A stretch of DNA of 64,000 nucleotides from Oceanispirochaeta sp. (GCA_963666275.2 CAXXOA010000001.1:2336001-2400000), one strand, 5' to 3'. Positions 49,499-61,740 are shown, counted from the stretch's first letter. Numbers and translations: made by a program. The notes: generated by a model from the letters alone, not told the origin.

Positions 49499-50506
49499 AT
49501 GACTGAAAATGTAGCGATTCTCTGGGATATAGAGAATGTAACACCCTCCAGTAATGACAACTTACTGATTCAGGGTATGTGGGATTATGCGGAATCTAAA
49601 GGACGCGTGGTCACATCCTATGCTTATGCGGACTGGAGCAAACCAGGCTTCCGTTCTCTGGGACCGGTCCTGGCGGGCCTCCATTTCTATATGGTGCACA
49701 TACCCTACCAGCGGGTCAGAAGAAACAAAAACGGTTCGGATATGCAGCTTGTAACGGATGCTCTGGAACTTCTGAGATACCATGACCATATTGATACTTT
49801 TATTCTGATTACAGGAGACAGCGACTTTCGTCCCCTCCTCCTCACTCTAAGAAAATCAGGAAAAAAGATACACATTATCTGTGATATCAAAACGGCCGCC
49901 CAGGATCTTCTGATTCTGGCTGACAGCTTTACAGACTATAGAGAACTGATCCCCGACAGCGATGACGATGACGATTCATCCGATTCAGACAACGATGATC
50001 AGTCTCCTGCCAGAAACAAGCACGATAAGCAGTACTGGTTTGAAAGGCTTGCCGAAACGGCCAGTATCCTCCAGAAGGATGGAAAGTCAGGCAACATGGG
50101 ATCGGTTAAGATAAAAATGAAGATGCTCAACCGGGATTTTGACGAGAAGAATCTCGGATACAAACGGTGGAGCAGCTTTATCACAGCCGCAGTGAAAGCG
50201 GGCTTTGTCAGCCTTGAAGAGGAAGACAGCCAGACCTATATCCTCCCGGGCAAAGGGTATATGCAGGAAGTCAGCTCCCTGCAGACAGCCTTGAGAACCC
50301 TTGTGAGCACTCTGGAGGAACTTGATGGTAAAAAAGGTCCCCAGTTTCATCCCTACTCTATTCTAAGCTCAGCATTGAAAGAGAAAGGGGTTGTGATGAA
50401 GAATCTGGGATTCAGCAAATTCAAGAAATTCATATCCTCAGCCGAAGCCAGAGGCCTGGTGGAAACAAAGGTGGAGAATCTGAGAAGCTACGTTAAGCTT
50501 CAGTAG
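49499..50506 (+). CDS. NYN (LabA/DUF88) nuclease-fold protein with two OST-HTH/LOTUS domains
   Basis: WDIEN, KNGSDMQL..D, TGDSDF; FDEKNLGYKRWSSFI and LGFSKFKKFI. Confidence 0.9.
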   Translation: MTENVAILWDIENVTPSSNDNLLIQGMWDYAESKGRVVTSYAYADWSKPGFRSLGPVLAGLHFYMVHIPYQRVRRNKNGSDMQLVTDALELLRYHDHIDTFILITGDSDFRPLLLTLRKSGKKIHIICDIKTAAQDLLILADSFTDYRELIPDSDDDDDSSDSDNDDQSPARNKHDKQYWFERLAETASILQKDGKSGNMGSVKIKMKMLNRDFDEKNLGYKRWSSFITAAVKAGFVSLEEEDSQTYILPGKGYMQEVSSLQTALRTLVSTLEELDGKKGPQFHPYSILSSALKEKGVVMKNLGFSKFKKFISSAEARGLVETKVENLRSYVKLQ

Positions 50507-51215
50507 AATCTTCCAGTATCAGATGGTAGAGCCTGTGTTCCAGATCATAGAACGCCTGGTTCTCCATATGTCGGGCCCCGGGAGAACAGGGATTGAGAAA
50601 ATCCTCCCTGACCTTCAGGGGCGGTCCCTGAAGCAGGATAATCCTGTCCCCCATCAGAATAGCCTCTCTCACATCATGGGTTACCAGAATGGTTCTTGTC
50701 TGCCTCTGTTTCAGTATTTTCAGAATCAGCTGAATCAGTGGAATTTTCATCTTAAGATCCAATCCCTTGAAAGGTTCATCCATCAGGAGCAGCTCCGCTT
50801 CACTGACAAAGGACCTGGCCAGGGACACCCGCTGCTCCATTCCTCCGCTGAGCTCACCGGGCAGGGCTCTCTCAAACTCTTTCAAACCCACAAGATCCAG
50901 AATCCGGGAGGTCCTTCCGGCTTTTTCTTCTCCATCCATTCCGGAGGGAAGAGCAAAGGCGACATTTTCATGAACACTCTTCCAGGGAAGAAGCCGGGGC
51001 TTCTGAAACAGGTAGCTCTGATTGTCACTGTAGGGATTGAGAACTTGTCCCTTCCCGGGGGACCTAAGCCCAGCCGCCAGGTTCAGCAGAGAGGTTTTGC
51101 CGCAGCCTGAAGGCCCCAGGAACACTGTAATTCCCGGCGTATCCAGCTGAAGGGAAAAATCCTCTACAACGGTCAGATCCCCGTAGGAAAAAGAGAGATT
51201 CTTCCACTCAACCAC
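50493..51215 (-). CDS. ABC transporter ATP-binding protein (NitT/TauT family)
   Basis: GPSGCGKT, LSGGMEQR, MDEPF, VTHD. Confidence 0.93.
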   Translation of the reverse strand: MVEWKNLSFSYGDLTVVEDFSLQLDTPGITVFLGPSGCGKTSLLNLAAGLRSPGKGQVLNPYSDNQSYLFQKPRLLPWKSVHENVAFALPSGMDGEEKAGRTSRILDLVGLKEFERALPGELSGGMEQRVSLARSFVSEAELLLMDEPFKGLDLKMKIPLIQLILKILKQRQTRTILVTHDVREAILMGDRIILLQGPPLKVREDFLNPCSPGARHMENQAFYDLEHRLYHLILEDSTEA

Positions 51216-51960
51216 GATGGTGGACTCCTTTTTTTTCAAGAATGCCCAGAATCCCTTCAAACAGGGCGGACAGAAGAACAATAAGAATCGTCCAGGCAAA
51301 AAGCACTGGCGTATCCAGCTGGAACTGAGCGGCCTGCATGGATGTGCCCATACCCTTCTCAGGCATACTGAGGATTTCCGCAGCCACCACAGATTTCCAG
51401 GTCAGCCCCAGACCTGTGGACATGGCGTTTCCCACATAGGGAAGCATCGAGGGAAGATAGATCATTTTAAAGATCTCCCCCGGCGTCTTCCTGTAGATAC
51501 GGGCCATTTCAAGCAGGTCCCGGTCTATCCGGGAGACCCCTGATGCCACACTGCCTGTGAGCAGGGGAAAGACCACAAGAAAACAGATAAAAACAGGAAC
51601 AAGCTCTGTTCTGAACCAGATGATCGCCAGGAGTATAAGGGAGAGAACCGGAATCGAACGGATACTAATAAGGAGAGGATTTAAAAACCATCGGAACCGT
51701 CTGCTGAGCCCCGCTGCCACGCCGCAGAGGACTCCCAGGATAAAGGAGAGGGCAAACCCGGAAAGGCCTCTTACAAGGGTGGGAATAACCTGAGGAAAAA
51801 CCTCTCTGCCCCTGAACAGCAGGAGCACCTGCAGAAAAACCTCTTCCGGCGGCGGAAGGATAATCTGCCGTCCGATCAGAAGAGAGAGGACTTTCCAGAC
51901 CGCCAGATACAGCAGTATGGAAATCGCCGTAGTTTTGAGACGGTCTTTTGATTCAGGCAT
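51208..51960 (-). CDS. ABC transporter permease (NitT/TauT family)
   Basis: LPPP, EMARIY loop, WKSVVAAE. Confidence 0.92.
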   Translation of the reverse strand: MPESKDRLKTTAISILLYLAVWKVLSLLIGRQIILPPPEEVFLQVLLLFRGREVFPQVIPTLVRGLSGFALSFILGVLCGVAAGLSRRFRWFLNPLLISIRSIPVLSLILLAIIWFRTELVPVFICFLVVFPLLTGSVASGVSRIDRDLLEMARIYRKTPGEIFKMIYLPSMLPYVGNAMSTGLGLTWKSVVAAEILSMPEKGMGTSMQAAQFQLDTPVLFAWTILIVLLSALFEGILGILEKKGVHHRG

Positions 51961-52937
51961 TATTTCAGATAGAGTGTCTCATCGGGCAGAGATCCGCCCA
52001 GAGCCGCAGGATTGATCCTGAACACCTCGGAAAAATAGGGATCTGCTGATTCCATGGCTTCCATTCCAGTCAGAAAAGTATAGTTGCTGTTGGGGATAGC
52101 CTTCTCCACAACCGGCTGGGGCAGGAGGAATCCGTGCTCTCCGATCAGGACAGAAGCTTCAGAGGGGTTCTCTTTAACCCAGTTGATAGAGTCTTCCATG
52201 GCCATCATGATCTCATCGGTCAAAACAGGATTCGCCTCTTCAAAGGCTGAGTTCACAACCATTACGGTGATGGGGAAAATATCTTTTTCAGGATAGGTCT
52301 CTTCCCAGAGAAGCTGAAGATCCGCCGCAAAGTGGAGATCGCTGTTTTTTGTCACAGCCATGGTTGCCAGAGGCTCGGGAAGAACAGCCACGTCAACGAC
52401 TCCACCGATCAGGGCTTTTGCCAGATCACTGGGATTAAAACTGTAATCCATATCAATCTTAAGATCATTGGTATCAGAAAGGAGCTGCATAATAAGATCG
52501 GGAGTGGTATTCTTTCCCGGGATATGGAGAGTCCTGTTTTCAAGCTGCTTCAGGGTCAGAGTTCCCGCTGATCTGGGGGCTACCAGATAGAGATTTCCCA
52601 GTCCGGTTACAGCGGCAAGCTTGTAGGGAATCCCTTTATTGTGAAGGATAGCAGCCATATTCGCCGGAAGGGCGGCAAAGTCCCACTCTTCATTGATAAG
52701 CTGTCCCAGAAGAACCTTCGGAGCCCCGACGGCCAGGGTTTCCACCGTAATATCTCTGTCCTGAAGGGGAGGATTTTCCATAAGCTGAATCATTCCGATT
52801 CCGGAGGGGCCGTTCAGTACAGCAACTTTTACAGGGCGGCCGGGATTTTCCGGCTGTGCCGGTTCTTTACTTCCCGAGGCGGCAAGGGATGCAGCGGTCA
52901 AAGCCAGTACCATCAGTATGAGGATTGTTTTTTTCAT
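51960..52937 (-). CDS. ABC transporter substrate-binding protein (NMT1/SsuA-like)
   Basis: Signal peptide; GPSGIGM, TPD, AVLPEP. Confidence 0.88.
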   Translation of the reverse strand: MKKTILILMVLALTAASLAASGSKEPAQPENPGRPVKVAVLNGPSGIGMIQLMENPPLQDRDITVETLAVGAPKVLLGQLINEEWDFAALPANMAAILHNKGIPYKLAAVTGLGNLYLVAPRSAGTLTLKQLENRTLHIPGKNTTPDLIMQLLSDTNDLKIDMDYSFNPSDLAKALIGGVVDVAVLPEPLATMAVTKNSDLHFAADLQLLWEETYPEKDIFPITVMVVNSAFEEANPVLTDEIMMAMEDSINWVKENPSEASVLIGEHGFLLPQPVVEKAIPNSNYTFLTGMEAMESADPYFSEVFRINPAALGGSLPDETLYLK

Positions 52938-53107
52938 TTTTGCAACTCCTTCCCGTCAGATCACTACCCGTCTTCAAGCAGAAACATGGTGATACATCCT
53001 CAGGGGTAGATAATTTTTTATCAATTTATGCTGAATGGCCCAATAAGTCAAGATTTGTCAAACACTGCAGCAGCTGTTATACTCCCTTTTACAGGGAGTA
53101 ATCCGCC

Positions 53108-53725
53108 ATGTTCCTAACCTATAGCCTCTACAGAATTCTTATAGATCCCATGCTCAAAACCCTGCGGAAGGGCATGAAAGAGAGGATCTCTCCTCAAAAG
53201 GATATCATTGATTTTGCCTGCGGTACAGGGGATTTTCTCTTCACCCTAAGCGGGATATGCCGCCGCTGTACAGGAGTGGATCTCAACAGTTCAATGATTG
53301 AAAAGATAAGGAAAAAGAAAAACAACGGGCCCTATGAACATCTTGAATTTTATGCCGCCCACGGGGAAGATCTGTCTTTTATCAAAGATCAGGAGTACGA
53401 TTATGCCACGATCTCCCTGGCCCTCCACGAGATGCCCCTGTCCATGCGGCTGCCCGTACTGAATGAGATGAAAAGGACAGCCCGGACCCTGATCATTGCG
53501 GACTATTCCCATCCTCTTCCTCGCAATACAGAGGGCACTATTATAAGAATCATCGAAAGGCTTGCCGGAAAAGACCATTTTGCCGGGTTTCAATCCTTTC
53601 ATAGAAACAGAGGTTTAAAGCCCCTGACGGATCAGGCGGGGCTTATTGTAGAAAAAGAGATCCCCCTGATGGGCGGAACAATCACGATCATGGAGTGCCG
53701 CGCCTCATCTGCTAGTCAAAATTGA
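53108..53725 (+). CDS. Class I SAM-dependent methyltransferase
   Basis: IDFACGTG, GVDLN, LALHEM. Confidence 0.88.
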   Translation: MFLTYSLYRILIDPMLKTLRKGMKERISPQKDIIDFACGTGDFLFTLSGICRRCTGVDLNSSMIEKIRKKKNNGPYEHLEFYAAHGEDLSFIKDQEYDYATISLALHEMPLSMRLPVLNEMKRTARTLIIADYSHPLPRNTEGTIIRIIERLAGKDHFAGFQSFHRNRGLKPLTDQAGLIVEKEIPLMGGTITIMECRASSASQN

Positions 53726-53779
53726 AAGGCTTTTCTATAATAGCCCTGATTGATCTAAACAACCCACAGGAGATGAACA

Positions 53780-54055
53780 ATGGAGTGGAGAGCCAGCCAT
53801 ATTCTTGTAAAAGATAGAAATTTAGCCAATGAACTTCTGAAAAGATGCAAACAGGGAGGAAACTTTGCCGCACTTGCCAAAGAGTTCTCCACCTGCCCCA
53901 GCAAATCCAAGGGAGGAGATCTGGGCTGGTTCGGTCCGGGCAAGATGGTCCCTGCATTTGAAGATGCCTGTAAAAGGATGTCGCCGGGAAGCTACAGCCA
54001 GGTTGTCCAGACTCAGTTCGGTTACCATATAATAAAATTGACAGGACGCCGATAG
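53780..54055 (+). CDS. ppiC: Parvulin peptidyl-prolyl isomerase
   Basis: ASHILV, FAALAKEFSTCPS..KGGDLGWF, TQFGYHII. Confidence 0.95.
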   Translation: MEWRASHILVKDRNLANELLKRCKQGGNFAALAKEFSTCPSKSKGGDLGWFGPGKMVPAFEDACKRMSPGSYSQVVQTQFGYHIIKLTGRR

Positions 54056-54059
54056 TTTT

Positions 54060-56081
<2,022 letters not shown>

Positions 56082-56137
56082 TTAAGTTCATTATAGCAAA
56101 GATTGCTTTCATATTATAAATAAAAAACAATGACTTC

Positions 56138-57022
56138 CTATTTTTTTTCTTTCAGAGAGTTGATAAAACCGCCTGCCAGTACAAGAGCGAGGGCAATCCC
56201 GTAGGAAGGTCTGAAGGCCTCATTAAAAAAGAGGACAAGATAGACCGAGGAGAGGACCGGAGAAATATAGATAAAAGGTGCGGCAAAGGAGGGGGAAGTC
56301 TCTCTGAGGGCCACGATCCAGAAATAATAGGAAATACCATTTACAAGAATCCCGTTAAGCAGTACGGGCAGCAGTTCGCTTCCATAGGGAACTTCCCATC
56401 CCGAAAAGAAGATCATGGAAAAAAAAGCGGAAACAGCCGCTGTGAGAAAATACACTGTATTGGCAGCCAGAGGATCCAGGGCCACCCTTCCTCCCAGAAC
56501 GGAAAAAAGGGCAAAACAGAGCGCTCCCAGAGCCACAAGGAGAAACACTGTGATATTATCAAAACGGATGCTACCGATCTTACCGCCTGTCAGTACGATG
56601 ATGACACCCAGAAATCCCAGAACCAGGGAAGCCGCTTTTTTCACTGTCATTTTCTCTCTGCCAATAAAGAGAGAAAGCAGGACGATAAGAATCGGCCAGG
56701 TATACTGAATAACCAGGACTTCCATCCCCCGGCCGACGGCATATCCCAGATAGAGGAACAGGTAGTAGATATAGGTTCCCAGAAGGCCCAGGAAGACAAG
56801 GTACAGCCAGTCTTTTATCCTTAATCCGGCCAGTTCCGATAAAGTCCCTTTCCCCAGAGAAGAGAAAAGCAGGACGAAAAATGAAACAAGGCTGGACCAG
56901 AAAAGGAATTGATGATTGTCCAGATGGGATTGCCCCAGTTTTGAAACCACCGGAATGAGAGCCCAGGCTCCTACGCATAAAAAAATGAATATTGTCCCTT
57001 TGAGACGGTTTTTATAGATCAT
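56138..57022 (-). CDS. DMT/EamA family transporter
   Basis: About ten hydrophobic helices; YTWP motif. Confidence 0.88.
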   Translation of the reverse strand: MIYKNRLKGTIFIFLCVGAWALIPVVSKLGQSHLDNHQFLFWSSLVSFFVLLFSSLGKGTLSELAGLRIKDWLYLVFLGLLGTYIYYLFLYLGYAVGRGMEVLVIQYTWPILIVLLSLFIGREKMTVKKAASLVLGFLGVIIVLTGGKIGSIRFDNITVFLLVALGALCFALFSVLGGRVALDPLAANTVYFLTAAVSAFFSMIFFSGWEVPYGSELLPVLLNGILVNGISYYFWIVALRETSPSFAAPFIYISPVLSSVYLVLFFNEAFRPSYGIALALVLAGGFINSLKEKK

Positions 57023-57065
57023 GAGACTCCAGTCCTGCTTTTATTCTGATGAGAGATCTGTAGGG

Positions 57066-58049
57066 TTACCGGGAAAGTCCATCCACAATCCGTCGGGTGT
57101 TATACCTCAGAAAATCAATGTAATTATCCGCAGATCCTCCGGCCTCTGTCAATGAACCGGTCAGGAGGGTTTCTACATAGATGTCATCCCCGATTTCCTT
57201 TTCCAGAGCATTTGTAAGCTTCCTTATATCTGCCCCGGCGGTAGAACCGATGAATATGGTCCTGATATGTCTCTCCTTCAGCAGATGCACAAGATCAGAG
57301 AGATGGCGGGCGGAGGTTTCAGAACTGGTGCTCAGATTGGGCATAATTGTTCCGGCCACTTCAAAGCCATAGAGGTCGGCATAGTATCCCAGGGCATCAT
57401 GGTCTGTGATCAGCACCTTTTTCCCCCGGGGAAGGGTTTCCAGACTGTCTTCGATTTCATTGTGAAGGGAACGGAGTTTTTCTGCATAAAGAGCGCCGTT
57501 TCGCTGATACACAGAGGCATGGGAAGGATCCGCTTCCGACAGGACTTCCACAATAACCTGAGTCCACTGGATAACATTGAACGGAGACATCCAGGTATGG
57601 GGATCAACACCTCCATGGTCATGACCGTTATGCTCCTCATCATCCCCTTCTCCGGCATGTTCATCTTCCTCTTCCATTTCATGGGAATCCTGATGTTCCA
57701 GATCTATATGCTCTGAAATTTCGATGATCTGTCCAGTGCTTACATTTTCAAGGATCCTGACCAGTCCTTCTTCCAGATCAAATCCGTTAAGGAAAAGGAT
57801 ATCCGCTTTTTCCACCGCCGCCATATCCCGGGGAGTGGGTTCATAGCTATGGGGGTCCTGACCCGGTATAATCAGCCCTTTCACATCAGCCGCATCTCCC
57901 GATACCTGCTGTACAACATCATTAATAATGGAAGTGGATGTCACAATAGAGAGTCTCTCTGTATCCGCTTTTTCACTCTGTCCCGCTGCTGAAAGGATTG
58001 CGCCGCTCAAGAGCAGTCCTGTCAGAATATTTACAACTATTTTTTTCAT
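57066..58049 (-). CDS. znuA: Zn ABC transporter substrate-binding protein (ZnuA/AdcA-like)
   Basis: DPHSYEP, His/Glu-rich loop, DPHTW, HDALGY. Confidence 0.88.
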   Translation of the reverse strand: MKKIVVNILTGLLLSGAILSAAGQSEKADTERLSIVTSTSIINDVVQQVSGDAADVKGLIIPGQDPHSYEPTPRDMAAVEKADILFLNGFDLEEGLVRILENVSTGQIIEISEHIDLEHQDSHEMEEEDEHAGEGDDEEHNGHDHGGVDPHTWMSPFNVIQWTQVIVEVLSEADPSHASVYQRNGALYAEKLRSLHNEIEDSLETLPRGKKVLITDHDALGYYADLYGFEVAGTIMPNLSTSSETSARHLSDLVHLLKERHIRTIFIGSTAGADIRKLTNALEKEIGDDIYVETLLTGSLTEAGGSADNYIDFLRYNTRRIVDGLSR

Positions 58050-58439
58050 CTATAACTCTCCCTGAGTATTTCTGCAGTCACTGCAGAGTCCTTTTAAAAT
58101 AAGCTGGTGCTCCAGCACCAGAAATCCTGTCTCTTTTTCAAGAGATTCCACAGACTTGTCCACGGGACAGAGGCCTGCGGAGAAAAATGAATGACACTCC
58201 TGACAGTGCAGATAGGATTCATGATTCGCCTTTTTCAGATAGAAGTACCTCTCAATTCCTCTTTTGTCACATTCAAAAACAAAAGATTCAATAAATCCAT
58301 TCTGTTCCAGATAGTCCAGCCCCCTGTATACGGTTGCCAGATCCATGGGATGTTCCAGCTCCCTATATATCTGCGAGGCATTCAGGGGAACTGAAGATGT
58401 ATCAATCAACTTCAGAAGTTCTTTTCGTTTTTCTGTCAT
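58050..58439 (-). CDS. zur: Fur-family regulator, probably Zur
   Basis: ATVYRGL, HESYLHCQEC, GLCSDC; adjacent to znuA. Confidence 0.85.
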   Translation of the reverse strand: MTEKRKELLKLIDTSSVPLNASQIYRELEHPMDLATVYRGLDYLEQNGFIESFVFECDKRGIERYFYLKKANHESYLHCQECHSFFSAGLCPVDKSVESLEKETGFLVLEHQLILKGLCSDCRNTQGEL

Positions 58440-58470
58440 AGTTACCAATATAATCATAGAAGAGTAAAAA

Positions 58471-58485
58471 TGCAAATGGTTTGCA
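58471..58485. promoter_or_regulatory. Putative Zur box overlapping the zur -35 element
   Basis: Inverted repeat TGCAAA-TGG-TTTGCA overlapping TTGCAT of TTGCAT-17-TATATT. Confidence 0.6.
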
Positions 58486-58610
58486 GAAATATTTAATAGT
58501 TTTTTTGTATTATTTAAAAGAGGAACTATAATTGTAAATAGAGGATCTCAGATGTGGCAGACAGGCTATTTATATCATACACAATAAGATGGGATCCCCG
58601 GGAGATTAAA

Positions 58611-59291
58611 ATGTTAACAAATCAAACAGCTTTAAAGACAGCTTACATCCTTTTTTTCCTAGCGATCCTGACCGGTTTTATCCTTCAGGCGGAAAACAGT
58701 ATTACCTATCTGGAAGGAGATGTGTTCATAATCAGAGAAAATGAAGAGATTTTTGCTGATTTCGGTACAGAACTTCTTGAAAAAGACAGCATTCAAACCG
58801 GAGAGGACGGCCTTGTCATTATTGATCTGGACGGAAGCAGAACACTGAAAATGAAGGAAAACTCCTTTATGGTACTCACTGAAACCGGCAATACAACAAG
58901 CTTGGATCTGAACAGGGGGAGCCTTTTCAGCAAAGTCAGTAAATTAGGGGGAACCTCCTCATTTTCCGTACGGACCGAATCGGTTGTCGCCGGAGTAAGG
59001 GGCACAGAATTTTTTATTGCTTTCGGCAATACTGTTGAGGAGAATCCGGACATATGGCTCTGTGTGAACGAGGGGACAGTGGAAGTGGCCCTGACTGAAA
59101 CGGATGAGTCGGTCCTTGTCAATCAGGGTGAGGGAATAACTATTCCCGGAGGCAGCAGGCTGACCGATCCCCGGTACTATGAATGGACAGAGGATCTGAA
59201 CTGGAATACCGACCCGGACTCCGGCCCGGTGGAAGACAGAACCAGCCTGGAAGGGCTCTACAGTGATCTTCTTGATCAGGACTATTTCTAA
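58611..59291 (+). CDS. FecR-domain exported protein
   Basis: DSIQTG, VRTESVVAGVRGTEF, VNEGTVEV. Confidence 0.85.
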   Translation: MLTNQTALKTAYILFFLAILTGFILQAENSITYLEGDVFIIRENEEIFADFGTELLEKDSIQTGEDGLVIIDLDGSRTLKMKENSFMVLTETGNTTSLDLNRGSLFSKVSKLGGTSSFSVRTESVVAGVRGTEFFIAFGNTVEENPDIWLCVNEGTVEVALTETDESVLVNQGEGITIPGGSRLTDPRYYEWTEDLNWNTDPDSGPVEDRTSLEGLYSDLLDQDYF

Positions 59292-60058
59292 TGAAAAAAT
59301 CTTTTTTCTTTCTGACCATAGCTGTTTTGTGGAATCTTTCCCTATCAGCGGATCATCATACAGCAGGGTCCCTGGAGGAATCCCCTTTCAATACGGGTAC
59401 ACGGCTGATGTTTCTGGGAGATCTGGGAAAAGTCGATCTGACAGCGGAAGTCCTGGGTTCCTACAGAGGAGACGACCCTTTCCGGCTCTCCCTCACTACG
59501 GGCGGCTATTACAGGATTCATAAAAATCTGAAAGCCGGCGTATTCCACACCCTTCAGCAAGGGGTTCTCCATGATGAAGACTGGGAAGTTTCCGATGGAG
59601 AATGGTCCTGGGCTGATATTTCCGGCCGCTATGAACAGGTCCTGACGGCTGATTTGACTCCCCGCTTCCTACTCCCCGGAATCCCGGGAAGGAACTGGGT
59701 GTTTGCCCTGAAAAACAGATACGGCTACAATTTCTACAATGAACAGCAGACCTATCTTCTCCAGCCCGGACTCACCTGGTTCCTTATGAAAAACCGTTCC
59801 CCTCTTATCAGTGCGAACGGATCCTACGGATTCTATTTCCCTTTAAATTTTTCAGAAAGCATTCTTTACAAACAGGGGCCATGGGTTAGTATCATATACC
59901 ATATGAACCCCACCCTAAAGCTGGAGCTCCGGGGAAGCTATCTCCGGACCAACTGGACAGTCCGGAAGCCCGATGGGACGGAATGGGAAAAAATAAGTGT
60001 GGAAACAGACTCATGGGAGGTTCTTCTGGGGCTGATATGGACCCCTTTCCCCGGATAG
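59291..60058 (+). CDS. Putative outer-membrane beta-barrel protein
   Basis: Signal peptide; aromatic alternating strands; overlaps the stop of the FecR gene. Confidence 0.6.
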   Translation: MKKSFFFLTIAVLWNLSLSADHHTAGSLEESPFNTGTRLMFLGDLGKVDLTAEVLGSYRGDDPFRLSLTTGGYYRIHKNLKAGVFHTLQQGVLHDEDWEVSDGEWSWADISGRYEQVLTADLTPRFLLPGIPGRNWVFALKNRYGYNFYNEQQTYLLQPGLTWFLMKNRSPLISANGSYGFYFPLNFSESILYKQGPWVSIIYHMNPTLKLELRGSYLRTNWTVRKPDGTEWEKISVETDSWEVLLGLIWTPFPG

Positions 60059-60072
60059 ATTAAAATACAGGG

Positions 60073-61116
60073 ATGAATCAAGGAACACTCCTGGTTATAG
60101 GAAACCAGGCAGGAGATCTGGACAGTACGGTATGCACTTTCTGCGAAGCGGTTCTCCAGTCCCGGCTCCATCCTGAAATGGAAACAATAGCTCTGTATGC
60201 CAGACCCTCATCCCAATGGTATCTGACACCCGAAATTCAGGCTGTTTTCCATTATGTCCGTATAAATACAGAGGCTTTCCAGTCTCTCTCCAGTTCTGAA
60301 GGACAGCAACTGATCCGAAAATCCTCCAGCCGTTTTTTTCTGGTGGATCATAACCGGCCCGAATGGGAGATATCCGAACAGGATGTAGCGGGAATGATCG
60401 ATCATCATCAGGACAGCAGTTTCGCACCCGATGCAAGCCCCCGGATTGTCCGGGAGACAGGATCCTGTGCCAGCCTCATCTGCCGCCAATTCCGGAGTGC
60501 CGGACTGGAAATGACAAGAACCGAGGCCCTCCTTCTGGGGGCTGCCATTATTATTGATACAGGAGATTTCAATCCGGAATGGGATAAAACCAGAGATATA
60601 GACAGGGAGGAATTCCGGAGCCTCCAGAAGTATATTTCAGAAAAAGATCTGAAATTCCTGAAATCCCTCTCAGCCATTAAACAGGATCTTTCGGACCTGT
60701 CATTCCGGGATCTGCTGATCCGGGACTATAAGGAAATCCCCGCGGATTCTCTGAAAGCAGGGATCTGCTCGATCCCGGTTGATCAGAAAAAGCTCTTTGA
60801 CCGGAACCTGTACTCCCGCAAAGACCTTGAGAGTTTTTTTAAAGAGAAATCACTGGATCTCCTTATCATTATGCACTCCCGTCAGCATCCTTTCAGACGG
60901 GAATTATCACTCTACTGTCCGGATGATCCGGCCTTACTGAATGCGCTGGAAGCGGCCTTTCCTGAAATAAAAGAGATGGACTGCGCTCCCGGTATCAGAA
61001 AAAAGGACAGGCCCGGTTGGGTTTTTTTCCCGGGAATGGCCCCCTTTTGTTCCCGGAAAAAAGCTTTACCTCTAATTCATGGATTTCTTAACCGTCATGA
61101 ATTGAAAAAAACATAG
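60073..61116 (+). CDS. DHH/DHHA2 phosphoesterase (exopolyphosphatase/prune-like)
   Basis: GNQAGDLDS, LVDHN, IDHH, GSCASL, RDYK, SRK. Confidence 0.85.
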   Translation: MNQGTLLVIGNQAGDLDSTVCTFCEAVLQSRLHPEMETIALYARPSSQWYLTPEIQAVFHYVRINTEAFQSLSSSEGQQLIRKSSSRFFLVDHNRPEWEISEQDVAGMIDHHQDSSFAPDASPRIVRETGSCASLICRQFRSAGLEMTRTEALLLGAAIIIDTGDFNPEWDKTRDIDREEFRSLQKYISEKDLKFLKSLSAIKQDLSDLSFRDLLIRDYKEIPADSLKAGICSIPVDQKKLFDRNLYSRKDLESFFKEKSLDLLIIMHSRQHPFRRELSLYCPDDPALLNALEAAFPEIKEMDCAPGIRKKDRPGWVFFPGMAPFCSRKKALPLIHGFLNRHELKKT

Positions 61117-61125
61117 TTCGCGTCT

Positions 61126-61740
61126 ATGATAGTTCAGGTGAATAAAGCCAAAGACCAAGCATATAAAAAACTTATCAGCAGTTCAGATCCAACTGAATAT
61201 ATAGACCTCTCTCTCACCCTGCCCCTTTCGGCCTATGAGAAAAGTCTGGCTGCCAGAGAGTGGATGAAGGAGACAGGATACACCCTGAAGGATATTCAGT
61301 ATGCCCGTAACCGCCATCCCTACTGGAAGAAGCGCAAATGCGCCGGAGCCGGGATAAGATCCCGCAGAAGAAACGCCCAATACACCAAGAATACCAAGAC
61401 AAGACTCGGTGAAAAAGAGATTATTGAATTTGTAGAGCTCAATAAAAAAGACAGAAGCGGTCAGTACATGAAAAAGGATTATGAACTGGCCAGACATTTC
61501 AAACTGTCCATTTACGGAGTCCAGCATCTCAGAAGGAAGCTCAATAAAATCTACAGAATATTCAATCTTATGAAAGTCAAACCCGAGAAAAAGATCATAT
61601 TTGAATATATGGCCTATTCGGAAAAACGATTGCATACCCTGTACCTCAAGGAAAAGGGACTTCAGACAAATCAGCAATCTGAGAATCCCCGGAAAAAGAT
61701 AAAGGAAATACCCACATGGGACCAACTCTGGAAAGAATAA
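61126..61740 (+). CDS. Highly basic hypothetical protein with possible HTH
   Basis: K/R-rich; DYELARHFKLSIYGVQHLRRK. Confidence 0.7.
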   Translation: MIVQVNKAKDQAYKKLISSSDPTEYIDLSLTLPLSAYEKSLAAREWMKETGYTLKDIQYARNRHPYWKKRKCAGAGIRSRRRNAQYTKNTKTRLGEKEIIEFVELNKKDRSGQYMKKDYELARHFKLSIYGVQHLRRKLNKIYRIFNLMKVKPEKKIIFEYMAYSEKRLHTLYLKEKGLQTNQQSENPRKKIKEIPTWDQLWKE

